64,000 bases of DNA. Origin: a virus. The notes beneath the pieces were generated by a model, which was given only the letters and a program-made list of their open reading frames with translations, made no database searches and had not been told where the DNA came from. Made by a program: the position numbers and the translations under genes. Below, piece after piece: positions 1-9,955 of this stretch (positions are counted from its first letter, which is position 1; every line of letters starts with the position of its first letter). The DNA lies in the IMG/VR virus record IMGVR_UViG_3300008117_000018, positions 47,419 through 111,418 of that record, one strand, 5' to 3'.

Positions 1-267
1 GTCTTTTATATCTCAGTAAGTGACCAAGAATATACATACACAACATCACTAACAAATGCATGTTCATCTTTGAAAAAATTAACTTTTATAATTTTAGAAA
101 ATGAAATTTTGAAACTAGAAGCTGAATTAATTTTATTAAACACACGATGGGGTAAAGTAATTAAAAACTTAGTAGAGTCCGGCTTAGAATTAAAACTTAA
201 TCAACATATAAATATAGAAGGACAAATAGATAACTTTTATTTTGAATTACCAAAACAAGCAGCATGA
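1..267 (+). CDS. hypothetical protein (5'-truncated by window edge)
   Basis: Frame 1 is open from base 1 through the tracked ORF 70..267; stop overlaps the next ATG (ATGA). Confidence 0.6.
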   Translation, partial: VFYISVSDQEYTYTTSLTNACSSLKKLTFIILENEILKLEAELILLNTRWGKVIKNLVESGLELKLNQHINIEGQIDNFYFELPKQAA

Positions 268-698
268 GGTTTTATAAGATAACAACCACTAAACACCAAA
301 GAGAGATTGATGAAATAATTATGTCTATGTCATCAACAGAGGTAGATTATGTATCAACATTATACAACAAGATATCAATGGTTGAGTTTACCGATGAAAA
401 AGAATACGAATGTATGTTTGCCATTCTAGACAAATATCTATTAAATAAGATATCTGAACTATATCTAAAATACTCTATCGATCATAAAATATTTGATTTG
501 ACAAAGGATATTATTTTTGATAATAATTTAAAATTATCATATAAAAACTATAGAAATCAACCAGTTAAGAATGAAGTTCTAAAACTTATTAAATTGTTCA
601 AAAAAGACTGGACTACAAAAGATGATGTTTTGGATAAAATACTAGAAAAAGGAATCAATTCATTATCAGATTTTGATTTAGAAATTCTGAACTCTTAG
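264..698 (+). CDS. hypothetical protein with C-terminal DUF6576-like helix pair
   Basis: C-terminus DDVLDKILEKGINSLSDFDLEIL resembles the ILDKIxxxGxxSLTxxE motif. Confidence 0.6.
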   Translation: MRFYKITTTKHQREIDEIIMSMSSTEVDYVSTLYNKISMVEFTDEKEYECMFAILDKYLLNKISELYLKYSIDHKIFDLTKDIIFDNNLKLSYKNYRNQPVKNEVLKLIKLFKKDWTTKDDVLDKILEKGINSLSDFDLEILNS

Positions 699-2416
699 AA
701 TTCAAACTCTCCACCACCTTCTCCACCACCTTCAGCAGGAGCTTCTCCACCACCTTCAGCAGGAGCTTCACCTTCAGCAGGAGCCGCTTCACCACCTTCC
801 GCAGGAGCTGCCTCACCGCCTTCAGCCGGAGCTGCCTCACCACCCTCTGCAGGAGCAGCACCAGCTGCACCAGCCGCGACATTCGCCACATCTCTAGCCC
901 AATATCTTTCATTTTCAGCCTTCTGTTCAGGTGTTAGTTTGAATACATTATCCATAATCCATTCAATATGGAAATAAGGTTTTTCACCATTCATAACTCC
1001 TAATAAAGTTCCAACAATCTCAGATCTTTTAGACAGATTATTGATTTTCTTCCAATCTTCAAATAGTTGATTAGAATAGAATTGAATATCTACCTGATTT
1101 GTGAAAACTTCATCATCTTTCAGTTCAGGAAACTCTATCAACATCTGTAGTTTCAGAGGTTTCACTATCAATTCTTTAAAGTTAGCACGTAATCTTGAAA
1201 TGAAATTGTGAAATTTAATTTCATCTCTAGTCATTTCTGATGAGTCTCCAAATAAATTTCCACCACCATTCTCAGCCTCAAATCGTTGCATAGGTATCTT
1301 AGAGGCTCTTTTAAGAGCTTTATAAAACCAAGATAGCATAGTTTCATCATTCAAATCATGACCCTGTGGAGAAACTAATTCCATATTCGGAGTTCCAGCA
1401 TCACCTTCAGGAAACCATATTTGTTTATTATAAGGTAAATGCTTGGCGCCATTAATAGTCAAAGTTCCTAAAGAATCATCCCATTCAACTTCTTCTGAAT
1501 AATCATGAATAAGTTGACCTATTTGTTCCTCAGCTCTTTGTCTTGATAAACCTTTGATTGGAATCGTGAATTTTTGATATACAGTCGCATTTACTATATT
1601 GAACATAATTCTTGTTTGTTCAAGTATTTTTAATTGATTATAAGGCTTTATTAAACCCTCAACATAAGATGTCTCTGAATAATCATTTTGTGTAGAGTAG
1701 GAGACATAAATAATCTGAGAATCTAAAAATATTCTTCTTAATTGAGGATCTTCAGGAAACTGAATCCATAGATGTCCTATAGTTGGTTCATATGCCGGAA
1801 CTAAAGTGTCAGGTCTCAATCTATTAAAACCAATAATGTTTTTCTTTTTATCATCAAAAATTATTTCTATTGCAATATGACCATCAATTAGAAAATCTTT
1901 CATCATACTCCAAGCAGTTATATTATCAGAAAATCCAAATTTGTTATAAATTTTCTCAAAATATTCTTGATATTTGTCTCTTACCTCTTGAGAATATTCA
2001 TTTGAAATAGATTTAGGAGCACAAAAGTCACTATCATCATTGAAAACAATAGATTCATCACAAATTGTAGAAACAAAATCTCTTATTTCATCTTTGATTG
2101 AATATTCTCTTAATATTCTTCTTTTATCAGCATATGCTTTATCTAAATAAGGTATAGATTTTCTGTTCAAAACAGACGCAACTGCTCTTTGAGAAAAGAA
2201 ATCATACATCGAGTTACCTTTAGCCGCATATGGATCTTCATTTATACCAATACCAACTTGATTACGAATTATCATATCATCGTAATTCATTCCATAGTTA
2301 GAAAGTGTTCTGAGAATCCTAGAAAATAATCCTTTGTTTTCTACTGCAGAATTAGAAGCAAATGCAAAGTTTGAATTATTTTGTTGAGTGGAACCAAAAT
2401 TGTTATAAGTTGCCAT
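695..2416 (-). CDS. portal vertex protein (T4 gp20-like)
   Basis: Motifs DFLIDGHI, IKPYNQLKILE, KALKRASKIPMQRF, SEMTRDEIKFHNFISRLRANF typical of T4-like portals; 573 aa. Confidence 0.92.
   Translation of the reverse strand: MATYNNFGSTQQNNSNFAFASNSAVENKGLFSRILRTLSNYGMNYDDMIIRNQVGIGINEDPYAAKGNSMYDFFSQRAVASVLNRKSIPYLDKAYADKRRILREYSIKDEIRDFVSTICDESIVFNDDSDFCAPKSISNEYSQEVRDKYQEYFEKIYNKFGFSDNITAWSMMKDFLIDGHIAIEIIFDDKKKNIIGFNRLRPDTLVPAYEPTIGHLWIQFPEDPQLRRIFLDSQIIYVSYSTQNDYSETSYVEGLIKPYNQLKILEQTRIMFNIVNATVYQKFTIPIKGLSRQRAEEQIGQLIHDYSEEVEWDDSLGTLTINGAKHLPYNKQIWFPEGDAGTPNMELVSPQGHDLNDETMLSWFYKALKRASKIPMQRFEAENGGGNLFGDSSEMTRDEIKFHNFISRLRANFKELIVKPLKLQMLIEFPELKDDEVFTNQVDIQFYSNQLFEDWKKINNLSKRSEIVGTLLGVMNGEKPYFHIEWIMDNVFKLTPEQKAENERYWARDVANVAAGAAGAAPAEGGEAAPAEGGEAAPAEGGEAAPAEGEAPAEGGGEAPAEGGGEGGGEFEF
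707..880 (-). repeat. imperfect ~24-bp coding repeat (AAPAEGGE) in portal C-terminal tail
   Basis: Six APAEG units in the translation, with synonymous variation. Confidence 0.85.
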
Positions 2417-2441
2417 CTATTATTTATATAAAAATTTACCA

Positions 2442-2452
2442 TATATATTAAA
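2442..2452 (-). promoter_or_regulatory. putative late promoter motif TTTAATATATA (representative copy)
   Basis: Same motif recurs at 7723, 8908, 9941, 11412, 12166, 19428, 33206, 41482, 43368, 45289, 49337, 53692 and 63037, oriented toward the downstream gene. Confidence 0.7.
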
Positions 2453-2488
2453 TTATGGTTATTCCTCCAAAACAAAAAAAAATCGAGA

Positions 2489-2797
2489 CTATTTCTCGAT
2501 TTTAAAAATATCATGACCTGTTCTACCAGCTCTTGGTTTGTATTTTGAATTTAATTCTTTTATAGCTTTTATATAATCTTCTGCCTCAGGACCAAACAAT
2601 CTATCAGATATTTCTTGTAAGAAATATGGATCCATAGATTTTATCTTCTCTTTTTCTTTTTTTGTATCAGAGATTAATTTTTGTAACTCATCATCACTTA
2701 ATCTGTTTACAGGTTGAAATGGTCTTTCTACCGTTTTCTTTACACCCATAGGTTTTAACTCTGACTCTTTTTTTGATTTAAAATTGAAAATTTTCAT
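2489..2797 (-). CDS. hypothetical protein
   Basis: 102-aa ORF co-oriented with neighbours. Confidence 0.6.
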   Translation of the reverse strand: MKIFNFKSKKESELKPMGVKKTVERPFQPVNRLSDDELQKLISDTKKEKEKIKSMDPYFLQEISDRLFGPEAEDYIKAIKELNSKYKPRAGRTGHDIFKIEK

Positions 2798-2802
2798 ATG
2801 AT

Positions 2803-3504
2803 TTATTTTAACTTGTTTCCGTATTTTATTTGATTTGTTCTAATTCGATTTATATGGTTTTTTAACGTACTATATTTTTCATCTATATCAAAAGCAACAT
2901 CATAAAATTCACTTAATATTGAAGTTGTCATTTCTTTATGTCTGCTATCTCTTTTTTCTAATTTAACTTTCCAAATATCCACTAACTTTTTAGGATCATA
3001 TAAATTTTTAGGATGTTGATGATATAAAAATCTTGGCAATACATTTAATCCGATTCTATGAACTAATTGTATTCTAGAAGAATCAAACTCCATAAGTGCA
3101 TATTCAAATCCTATACTTCTTAATTCATTATACATACCATTAAAATCTACTTTTAAAAAATTATTTTTTTCAAAATCTTCAGGTTTTATAAACTTATCAA
3201 ATAAAAAAACTCTGATTTCCAATGGTATTAAATTAAAGTTTACTGCAAATATAATAATTTTATTTGAAAACTTCCTAAAATCCGAAACAAAAACAGGAGA
3301 CCATTTCATCCAGTTAGAATCATCTAAATAATGAAAGAAATAAAATCCACCAGGAAATATATCTTTTGTTTGAATATTTTTAATCTCTTCAGAAGATTTT
3401 TGGTATTGTTCATAAAACCATAAAGAATTTTTTTTGAAATTATCAGCCAAACCATTACCATTAACTAACAAACTAAGCTTAGACCTTTCGATTAATTCAC
3501 CCAT
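2803..3504 (-). CDS. DNA end protector-like protein (T4 gp2-like)
   Basis: PGGFYFFHY..SPVF..AVNFNLIPLEIR resembles the gp2 PGxxYxFxY...GxNxHYLP..R pattern; next to the gp4 homolog. Confidence 0.6.
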   Translation of the reverse strand: MGELIERSKLSLLVNGNGLADNFKKNSLWFYEQYQKSSEEIKNIQTKDIFPGGFYFFHYLDDSNWMKWSPVFVSDFRKFSNKIIIFAVNFNLIPLEIRVFLFDKFIKPEDFEKNNFLKVDFNGMYNELRSIGFEYALMEFDSSRIQLVHRIGLNVLPRFLYHQHPKNLYDPKKLVDIWKVKLEKRDSRHKEMTTSILSEFYDVAFDIDEKYSTLKNHINRIRTNQIKYGNKLK

Positions 3505-3517
3505 AAAGAGTTTTTGT

Positions 3518-3531
3518 TTTTATATATAAAA
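3518..3531. promoter_or_regulatory. palindromic putative late promoter between divergent gp2-like and gp4-like genes
   Basis: TTTTATATATAAAA is a perfect palindrome in the 45-bp divergent gap. Confidence 0.55.
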
Positions 3532-3549
3532 TAAAGAAAGTAGACAAAT

Positions 3550-4077
3550 ATGTTAAACTCTAAGCCAAATAATACTAATTATTCTCAAGGTAATTATATT
3601 CCTAAAAACAAAGATAAAATAATAAAATTAAATACAATAGGTGGTGTTTACTACAGAAGTTCTTGGGAAAAAAAAATTATGACTTGGTTAGATCATAATG
3701 AAAAAATAACTAAGTGGGGAGCAGAATGTATGAGAATACCTTATCAAATGACTCATTTTGATAATGGTGACATGAAAGTAAAAGAGCACTGCTACTATCC
3801 AGATTTTTATTATGAGATGAGAAACGAAAACGGTCAGTTAAGGCAAGTAGTTGTAGAAGTAAAACCTATGAAAGAATATAAAATGGTCATTGCGTTAAAC
3901 GAAGGTAAACTCCAAGTTCCAGAAAAGGGTACAAAAAAGTTAAAAAACTTTGAATATGATTTGAAAATGGCATATAAGAATAAAAACAAGTGGGAAACGA
4001 TGATAAACTGGTGCAATAAAAAGGGTTATGAGTTTATAATAATTACTGAAGACCATCTAAAGAAATTTAATGTTTGA
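3550..4077 (+). CDS. head completion nuclease (T4 gp4-like, TnsA-type PD-(D/E)xK)
   Basis: YRSSWE..W..E...IPY...YYPDF...VEVKP...NKNKWE...F.IITEDHL. Confidence 0.9.
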   Translation: MLNSKPNNTNYSQGNYIPKNKDKIIKLNTIGGVYYRSSWEKKIMTWLDHNEKITKWGAECMRIPYQMTHFDNGDMKVKEHCYYPDFYYEMRNENGQLRQVVVEVKPMKEYKMVIALNEGKLQVPEKGTKKLKNFEYDLKMAYKNKNKWETMINWCNKKGYEFIIITEDHLKKFNV

Positions 4078-4414
4078 AAAACAAATAAAACATTATAATT
4101 ATCATTATTATTATAGAAAATATCGGAACCAAAACATTATATAATCTATATAATTTTTTAACTAAATGATAAATCGGAAACTTGGCTATATTTATTAAAA
4201 TCATTGATAAGAAGAAAAAGTAGATTGATGTAAAAAAACCAATAAACAACCAAATCCAATAAGTTACTCTTAAAAAATAGTAAAAAAAATCACTCTTACT
4301 CATATTAGACAAATCTTTCTGGTAAAATCTAGCATCTAATTTAGTCAAATTAGCTAAATAGTATAGATTCATCCATATAAAGAATGGTATAAATATGTAA
4401 AAAATACTAGTCAT
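4067..4414 (-). CDS. hypothetical membrane protein
   Basis: 115 aa with several hydrophobic stretches. Confidence 0.6.
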   Translation of the reverse strand: MTSIFYIFIPFFIWMNLYYLANLTKLDARFYQKDLSNMSKSDFFYYFLRVTYWIWLFIGFFTSIYFFFLSMILINIAKFPIYHLVKKLYRLYNVLVPIFSIIIMIIIMFYLFFKH

Positions 4415-4706
4415 TTGATATTTCGATTTCTCTTAGACCTAAAAGATTATTAAACTCATGTTCCTGTAGTCTAACGTTTTTATCTCTTTGTAGAATTCCA
4501 TATATTACATCATTCACAAAAACATAAACAGGATCACCAACAAAGTTTTCATATATAGCAGGAACAATTTCACTATTTCTAGAATTTACTATAAAATTAA
4601 TATATTCTTTATGACTTGCATAATCCAAATGTAACGAACAACCATCCGGTCTTAATTGATTTCCTAACTCTGATTCCTCCCAAATCTGTAATAATATTTG
4701 ATTCAT
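4407..4706 (-). CDS. hypothetical protein
   Basis: 99-aa ORF, WEESE..RPDGCSLH motif. Confidence 0.65.
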   Translation of the reverse strand: MNQILLQIWEESELGNQLRPDGCSLHLDYASHKEYINFIVNSRNSEIVPAIYENFVGDPVYVFVNDVIYGILQRDKNVRLQEHEFNNLLGLREIEISND

Positions 4707-4780
4707 AAAAACAATTTATGATTTTTGTATTTAAAAATTAAACAAAGTTTAAATATGAAATAAAATAAAAAAAACACTTT

Positions 4781-5854
4781 ATGAAAATTAAATTAGAGTA
4801 TATTTGGTTAGATGGTTCTGAGCCACAACAACTCAGAAGTAAAACAAAAATTGTTGACAAAGCAGATACAAATAATCCAGAGGATTACGCAATGTGGTCT
4901 TTTGATGGAAGTTCAACTCTTCAAGCAGAGGCAGGAAAAGGGAAAAACACTGATTGTTTACTAAAACCAGTTTTTGTCTGTAAAGACCCATTTAGAGAGT
5001 ATCCTAATAAATTGGTATTTTGTGAGGTACTTAGTCCAGATGGAACTCCTCATCCAACAAATAATAGAAGAAATTTATCTAATGTTATAGATGAGTTAAA
5101 TCTTACGAATTTAACTAAAGACGAGTCTCCATGGTTTGGTTGGGAGCAAGAGTATACACTTACTCATAAACCAGGATTGCCATTTGGTGAGGGTGTTGGT
5201 CTTCCACTTGGATTTGAAATTGGTAAAACACCAAGAGCACAAGGTGATTATTATTGCGGAATCGGAGCTGACACTGTAATTGGAAGACAAATAGTTGAAG
5301 AGCACATGGATATGTGTTTAGAGATTGGTTTAGATATTTCTGGTATTAATGCTGAGGTTTTACTTGGTCAATGGGAATATCAAATTGGCCCCGTAACTGC
5401 TTTGAACGGTTCTGATCAATTATGGATATCAAGATATATTTTGGAAAGAGTTGCAGAAAAACATAATGTCAACGTATCTTTACATCCGAAACCAATTAAA
5501 GGAGATTGGAATGGAACCGGTTGTCACGTCAATTTCTCTTCTAAAGAAATGAGAAAAGATGGTGGTATCGAATTGATTAAAGAAACAATGACAAAGCTTG
5601 AATCAACTCATATGGAACACATCCAGGTTTATGGTCTACATAATGAACAAAGACTTACTGGTGAACATGAGACATCAGGAATTCATGAATTTAGTTATGG
5701 ATATAGCACTAGAGATACTTCTATTAGAATTCCAGCACAATCTTTGGTTGAAGGTAGAGGTTATTTTGAAGACAGACGACCAGCCTCAAATTGTGACCCT
5801 TACTTAGTATCTGCTAAAATGTTAGAAACAGTTTATTCTGAAGTATTAGTATAA
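4781..5854 (+). CDS. glnII: glutamine synthetase, type II (GSII)
   Basis: LEYIWLDG, LRSKTK, WSFDGSST, WFGWEQEY, GINAEVLLGQWEYQIG, DWNGTGCH, RLTGEHET, YFEDRRPASNCDPY; 357 aa. Confidence 0.95.
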   Translation: MKIKLEYIWLDGSEPQQLRSKTKIVDKADTNNPEDYAMWSFDGSSTLQAEAGKGKNTDCLLKPVFVCKDPFREYPNKLVFCEVLSPDGTPHPTNNRRNLSNVIDELNLTNLTKDESPWFGWEQEYTLTHKPGLPFGEGVGLPLGFEIGKTPRAQGDYYCGIGADTVIGRQIVEEHMDMCLEIGLDISGINAEVLLGQWEYQIGPVTALNGSDQLWISRYILERVAEKHNVNVSLHPKPIKGDWNGTGCHVNFSSKEMRKDGGIELIKETMTKLESTHMEHIQVYGLHNEQRLTGEHETSGIHEFSYGYSTRDTSIRIPAQSLVEGRGYFEDRRPASNCDPYLVSAKMLETVYSEVLV

Positions 5855-5865
5855 ACATACTACTC

Positions 5866-5900
5866 AAAAAAAACCCACTCAATTTGAGTGGGTTTTTTTT
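5866..5900. terminator. bidirectional intrinsic terminator
   Basis: A-run CCCACTCA-ATT-TGAGTGGG T-run between convergent genes. Confidence 0.85.
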
Positions 5901-5915
5901 ATTTTGATAAACTAT

Positions 5916-6281
5916 TTAAATAGAATGTAGTCCTTGGCCATCATTACTACCTTCTATAGATATTAATTTTATTTGATTCTCATTATCACCCTTTTTCTTA
6001 TACAACTCATTAAAACCCTTAGCTATTCCTCTTTTAAAGACTTCTGTAAAATAAGCAAAAGCATTCACTGATTTATCTTCATTAAAATTATACCAATTTT
6101 GATACATATCTAATAAACCCGATTGATAACAATCAAGTTTATCATCATTTGACCAATATCTCATTTTTTTGATTGTTTTCTTACCAAGAAGTTCTAACAT
6201 TTTTTCAGCATTTCTGGTCAGTTTACCTTGTGCTTTTGATACGATTATCTCAACATAGAGATCTTTATTATTTAAATACAT
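5916..6281 (-). CDS. late-transcription sigma factor (T4 gp55-like, short)
   Basis: YLNNKDLY N-terminus and YNFNEDKSVNAFAYFTEV match the gp55 pattern YVNNKE...FDP.KS.NPFAYFTQI. Confidence 0.75.
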   Translation of the reverse strand: MYLNNKDLYVEIIVSKAQGKLTRNAEKMLELLGKKTIKKMRYWSNDDKLDCYQSGLLDMYQNWYNFNEDKSVNAFAYFTEVFKRGIAKGFNELYKKKGDNENQIKLISIEGSNDGQGLHSI

Positions 6282-6368
6282 CCATTATAGCTTATTTTTT
6301 TAAGAGATTAACTCTTTGAAGCTATTTACTTCATGTTATATCTCTATAGTCTAAAAAGTTTAAAAAAT

Positions 6369-6395
6369 AAAAAACCCTCAAAAAGAGGGTTTTTT
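6369..6395 (-). terminator. intrinsic terminator
   Basis: AAAAAACCCTC-AAAAA-GAGGGTTTTTT hairpin downstream of 6413..7693. Confidence 0.75.
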
Positions 6396-6412
6396 ATTTT
6401 TATTTATATAAA

Positions 6413-7693
6413 TTAAATTTTAACTCTTTCTTTATATTGTAATTCTTTAACACCTAACAATTCAGCATCTAAATTAGCTCTTCTTTTTTCAAGATTTTTA
6501 AGAGCAGTAGAAAGAATTTCAGACTCACCTAAAAGCTCCATAGAACCTTTAACCTTTTCAATGTTGAATTGAACATCTTCTAATTTAAGAGTAACTTCTC
6601 TTTCTTTATCTTCAAGTTTTCTTTTAATAACTAATTCTTTATCTAATTTATTTTCATAAAAATAACTCAAATCATAATTTAACTCATTCTTAACTTCATT
6701 AACTAATTCTATAGCAGATTCATATTTAAAGAATGAATTACCATATCTTTCATCACATCTATAAAGAAATGTATTATTTTTATAATTAAAAGCAAAACAC
6801 TCCAAATGTGGATTAATTAAATTATTAATTCTTTTAACAACATCTAATTCAACAAACTTATCCATATTTTGAGATACTTCTAATAACACAGGATAAAAGT
6901 TTTTATTTACTATCGGAACAATAGGAGATGAGAAAAGAGACTCTAACGTAGTTTCGTCATTCAATTCATCTTCATTAATAAAAATTCCTTTTCCATTAAC
7001 ACCTAAACCAATTGTTAAGTACTCAGATACTCTAAAATTAACTCTATCCTCAGAAATTTGAGCATATTTTAAAGCAGATTCAATAACTCTTAAAGTTTTC
7101 AACTCAGCTTCATCTTTAACATGATTTTCTAAAAGTGTTTTCTCAATTGAATTTTCAGTAAGTAAGAACCAAGAATCCTTAACTAAAGCAATATGACCAT
7201 CTTCAACTTGTTCTACAATAGTAAATACAGATTCACCCTTACCACCACTTAACAAGTTTGTTCTCTGTTCAGGTGATTTTGTCAAATTATGAACAAATAA
7301 TTTAATCTCAGGAACCCAATCATAAATAGCCAATTCATTAAGAACTTTAGACATCCTATCTTGTTCTGACTCTACGTTAATAGCTTCTAAAAGAACATTG
7401 ATAGGTTGTCTATACAATTCTCCTTGATTTTTAGAGTTCAATATGTTATATAGACTTTTAAGTTCATATAACAATTCATGAGCTTTAACATCATCATTCA
7501 AATTTTCTAAAAGAGATTTTACACTTTTATCATATGTATACGCTTTTAATTTTTCATTAAGAGAATTAATAATAGTCTTTTCTGAATGTTCATTGCATGC
7601 ATTCATATGCCCTTCAATTATAACTGAAATCTCTTCTTGGTCAAGTGAAAGATTCTTTTTGAAGTTAAACAATTCTAGTTTAAGATTCTTCAT
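6413..7693 (-). CDS. hypothetical protein (Glu-rich, C-terminal coiled coil; probable late/virion protein)
   Basis: 426-aa ORF; TAATATATA motif upstream at 7723-7732. Confidence 0.7.
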   Translation of the reverse strand: MKNLKLELFNFKKNLSLDQEEISVIIEGHMNACNEHSEKTIINSLNEKLKAYTYDKSVKSLLENLNDDVKAHELLYELKSLYNILNSKNQGELYRQPINVLLEAINVESEQDRMSKVLNELAIYDWVPEIKLFVHNLTKSPEQRTNLLSGGKGESVFTIVEQVEDGHIALVKDSWFLLTENSIEKTLLENHVKDEAELKTLRVIESALKYAQISEDRVNFRVSEYLTIGLGVNGKGIFINEDELNDETTLESLFSSPIVPIVNKNFYPVLLEVSQNMDKFVELDVVKRINNLINPHLECFAFNYKNNTFLYRCDERYGNSFFKYESAIELVNEVKNELNYDLSYFYENKLDKELVIKRKLEDKEREVTLKLEDVQFNIEKVKGSMELLGESEILSTALKNLEKRRANLDAELLGVKELQYKERVKI

Positions 7694-7765
7694 ACTTATA
7701 AATATTATTTTTTTATATAATCTATATATTAAGACAAAAAACTCATTTTTTGCTATTTTTTATTT

Positions 7766-8902
7766 TTAAATTGGATTCGGATTTATAGGTGGATTTTGAG
7801 TATCATTTCCATTTGCACCTTTACCAGCATTTGGATTTGAATTTATTGCATTCGCATTTTGTCTTGCTTTCAATATATTATTAAACCACCTAGTTCTTTT
7901 CGGAGCATATGAAAAATAATCAGAGTCAGACTTAGGAGTAGGAGCAGAACCAGCGGGCCATCCACCAAAACTACCAGTTTGTCCATATTGAGGAAGTTCA
8001 CCAGGTATATCAAACGGAGTTTCGTTGTAAGGCCAAGGAAGCGAACCAGGGAAAGGTCTACCTGGTGGACCACCAGGTGGTAATGAATCCGGATTTAAAG
8101 GTATAAAATCAGGTCCATTAGGATCACCAGTGACAGTAGGATTAGGCGCAGTACCATCACCACCAACATCAAAGGCATTACCTAAATCACTACCAGTGTT
8201 CCAATTATTCAAATCAGCACCATCTGACTGACCAGTACCATAAAGTGTAGGATAACCATCTAGATTTACTCTATCTCTTCTAAATGCAGGATAGTATGTT
8301 TGAACTTGAAATGATAATGTCAACTTTATCGTATTATCACTTGTTAAATTTTTTTCTCTGTTTATTTCAATTGAACTTGAATCAGGCATTATTATCACAG
8401 CATCTATGTTCATGAAATTATGCTCAAAATACATGAATTTATAAATCCAAAGAGTATCCAAAATAGCTTGACTACATTTAAATGTATCAATTTCATTTGA
8501 CAGAAGTATAGATAGTTCATAATCAACCGTGATAGGAACTGCCCTAACCTTTGCTAATATTTTTCGTATCTCTACCTGGTTCTCTACAACCATTCTTAAC
8601 CAAACATTTGGATTAGCAAATTCATCTGACATAATATTAAACGACTTAAGTGTTATATGTCCTCTCGGGATTATATCAGTGTTTAATTCTACAAATCTGT
8701 TTTCAGAAACTATATCATCCTGAAAAGTATCAAGCAAAAATCTTTCATCTCCAGAAAGTGAGTAATAAAAGGGAACCTGAACATATATATCACCTGATGA
8801 AAATCTGTTAACCCATTTTATTTGACCCTCTAATGTATCAAGTACACAGACTGTCAAATCTCGAAAGAACACATCTTCCATGTTAAACTTTCCTGCTATC
8901 AT
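7766..8902 (-). CDS. tail terminator / sheath stabiliser (T4 gp15-like) with Pro/Gly-rich C-terminal extension
   Basis: VPFYYS...ERFL...IIPRGHI...AVPITVDYELSI resemble gp15; start placed at MIAGK (8902), 5 nt after the late motif. Confidence 0.65.
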   Translation of the reverse strand: MIAGKFNMEDVFFRDLTVCVLDTLEGQIKWVNRFSSGDIYVQVPFYYSLSGDERFLLDTFQDDIVSENRFVELNTDIIPRGHITLKSFNIMSDEFANPNVWLRMVVENQVEIRKILAKVRAVPITVDYELSILLSNEIDTFKCSQAILDTLWIYKFMYFEHNFMNIDAVIIMPDSSSIEINREKNLTSDNTIKLTLSFQVQTYYPAFRRDRVNLDGYPTLYGTGQSDGADLNNWNTGSDLGNAFDVGGDGTAPNPTVTGDPNGPDFIPLNPDSLPPGGPPGRPFPGSLPWPYNETPFDIPGELPQYGQTGSFGGWPAGSAPTPKSDSDYFSYAPKRTRWFNNILKARQNANAINSNPNAGKGANGNDTQNPPINPNPI

Positions 8903-8964
8903 AAGCATATATATTAAATAGAGTTTGTCCCTAAACTTATTCAATATTTAAAAATATATTTTCT

Positions 8965-9930
8965 ATGAGCATAAATAAATTATTACTTTGGGAAAAATGG
9001 AGACCAAAAAAAATTGATGACATTATATTACTACCAAGAATAAAAAAACATTTTGAAGATGGATTAAATGGTAACTATATATTTTATGGTAATTATGGTA
9101 CAGGTAAAACAAGTCTGGCTAGAATATTAATAGGTAAGTATTCAAAAGATAAACCAAATTTAGAGATAAATAGCTCACTTTCAACTTCAATAAATATTTT
9201 AAGAAGTGAAATTGAAGACTTTTGTAAATTTACACCTATGATGGAATCAGAATCAGACTTAAAATATGTATTTTTAGATGAATTTGAAAGAACATCACCT
9301 GAATTTCAGGATGCATTCAAAGCATTCATCGAAACATACTCAAAAAGAGGCGTAAGGTTTATTATAACAACTAATCACATTAATAAAATATCAGATGGAA
9401 TAAAAAGTAGAATACCTCAAATAAATTTTGATTGCCAGAATATTGAAGAAGAAAAATATTTAAAACAAGAAATTTACAAAAGAATATCAAATACAATATT
9501 ACCATCTGAAAATTTTGAAATTCCAAAAGAAGATTTAGTTACAATAATAACAAAAAAATTTCCAGACTTTAGATCCACATTAGTAGAAGTAGGTAACTAT
9601 ATCAACACAGGTTCTCTAACTTCTTCATCAAATACAATAAACACAAAGACTAAATTAGAACTATACAATTTAATTTATGATAAAAATATAGACTATATCT
9701 CAATATATAATTTTGTGATTTCAAATTTTGGACCCGAAAAAATAGATGTTTTAATTAATTTATTAGGCAAATATTTCATAGATTGGTCATTAAATGAAAA
9801 TAAAAATATAGAAAAACTATTTGAATGTAACTATATAATAGCTGATTACACATCAAAGTTAGAGACTAACACTGATCCTATAGTATTAGCATTAACAATA
9901 ATAGGTAAATTCAGGGATATATTATTATAA
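8965..9930 (+). CDS. sliding clamp loader AAA+ subunit (gp44 / RFC-small like)
   Basis: LWEKWRPKKIDDIIL, Walker A GNYGTGKTS, Walker B FLDEFE, FIITTN, SR. Confidence 0.92.
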   Translation: MSINKLLLWEKWRPKKIDDIILLPRIKKHFEDGLNGNYIFYGNYGTGKTSLARILIGKYSKDKPNLEINSSLSTSINILRSEIEDFCKFTPMMESESDLKYVFLDEFERTSPEFQDAFKAFIETYSKRGVRFIITTNHINKISDGIKSRIPQINFDCQNIEEEKYLKQEIYKRISNTILPSENFEIPKEDLVTIITKKFPDFRSTLVEVGNYINTGSLTSSSNTINTKTKLELYNLIYDKNIDYISIYNFVISNFGPEKIDVLINLLGKYFIDWSLNENKNIEKLFECNYIIADYTSKLETNTDPIVLALTIIGKFRDILL

Positions 9931-9955
9931 GATAAAATATTTTAATATATAAAAT

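Noticed and set aside
655-912. 85-aa ORF overlapping the portal 3' end
   Set aside because: Alternative frame of the AAPAEGGE repeat.
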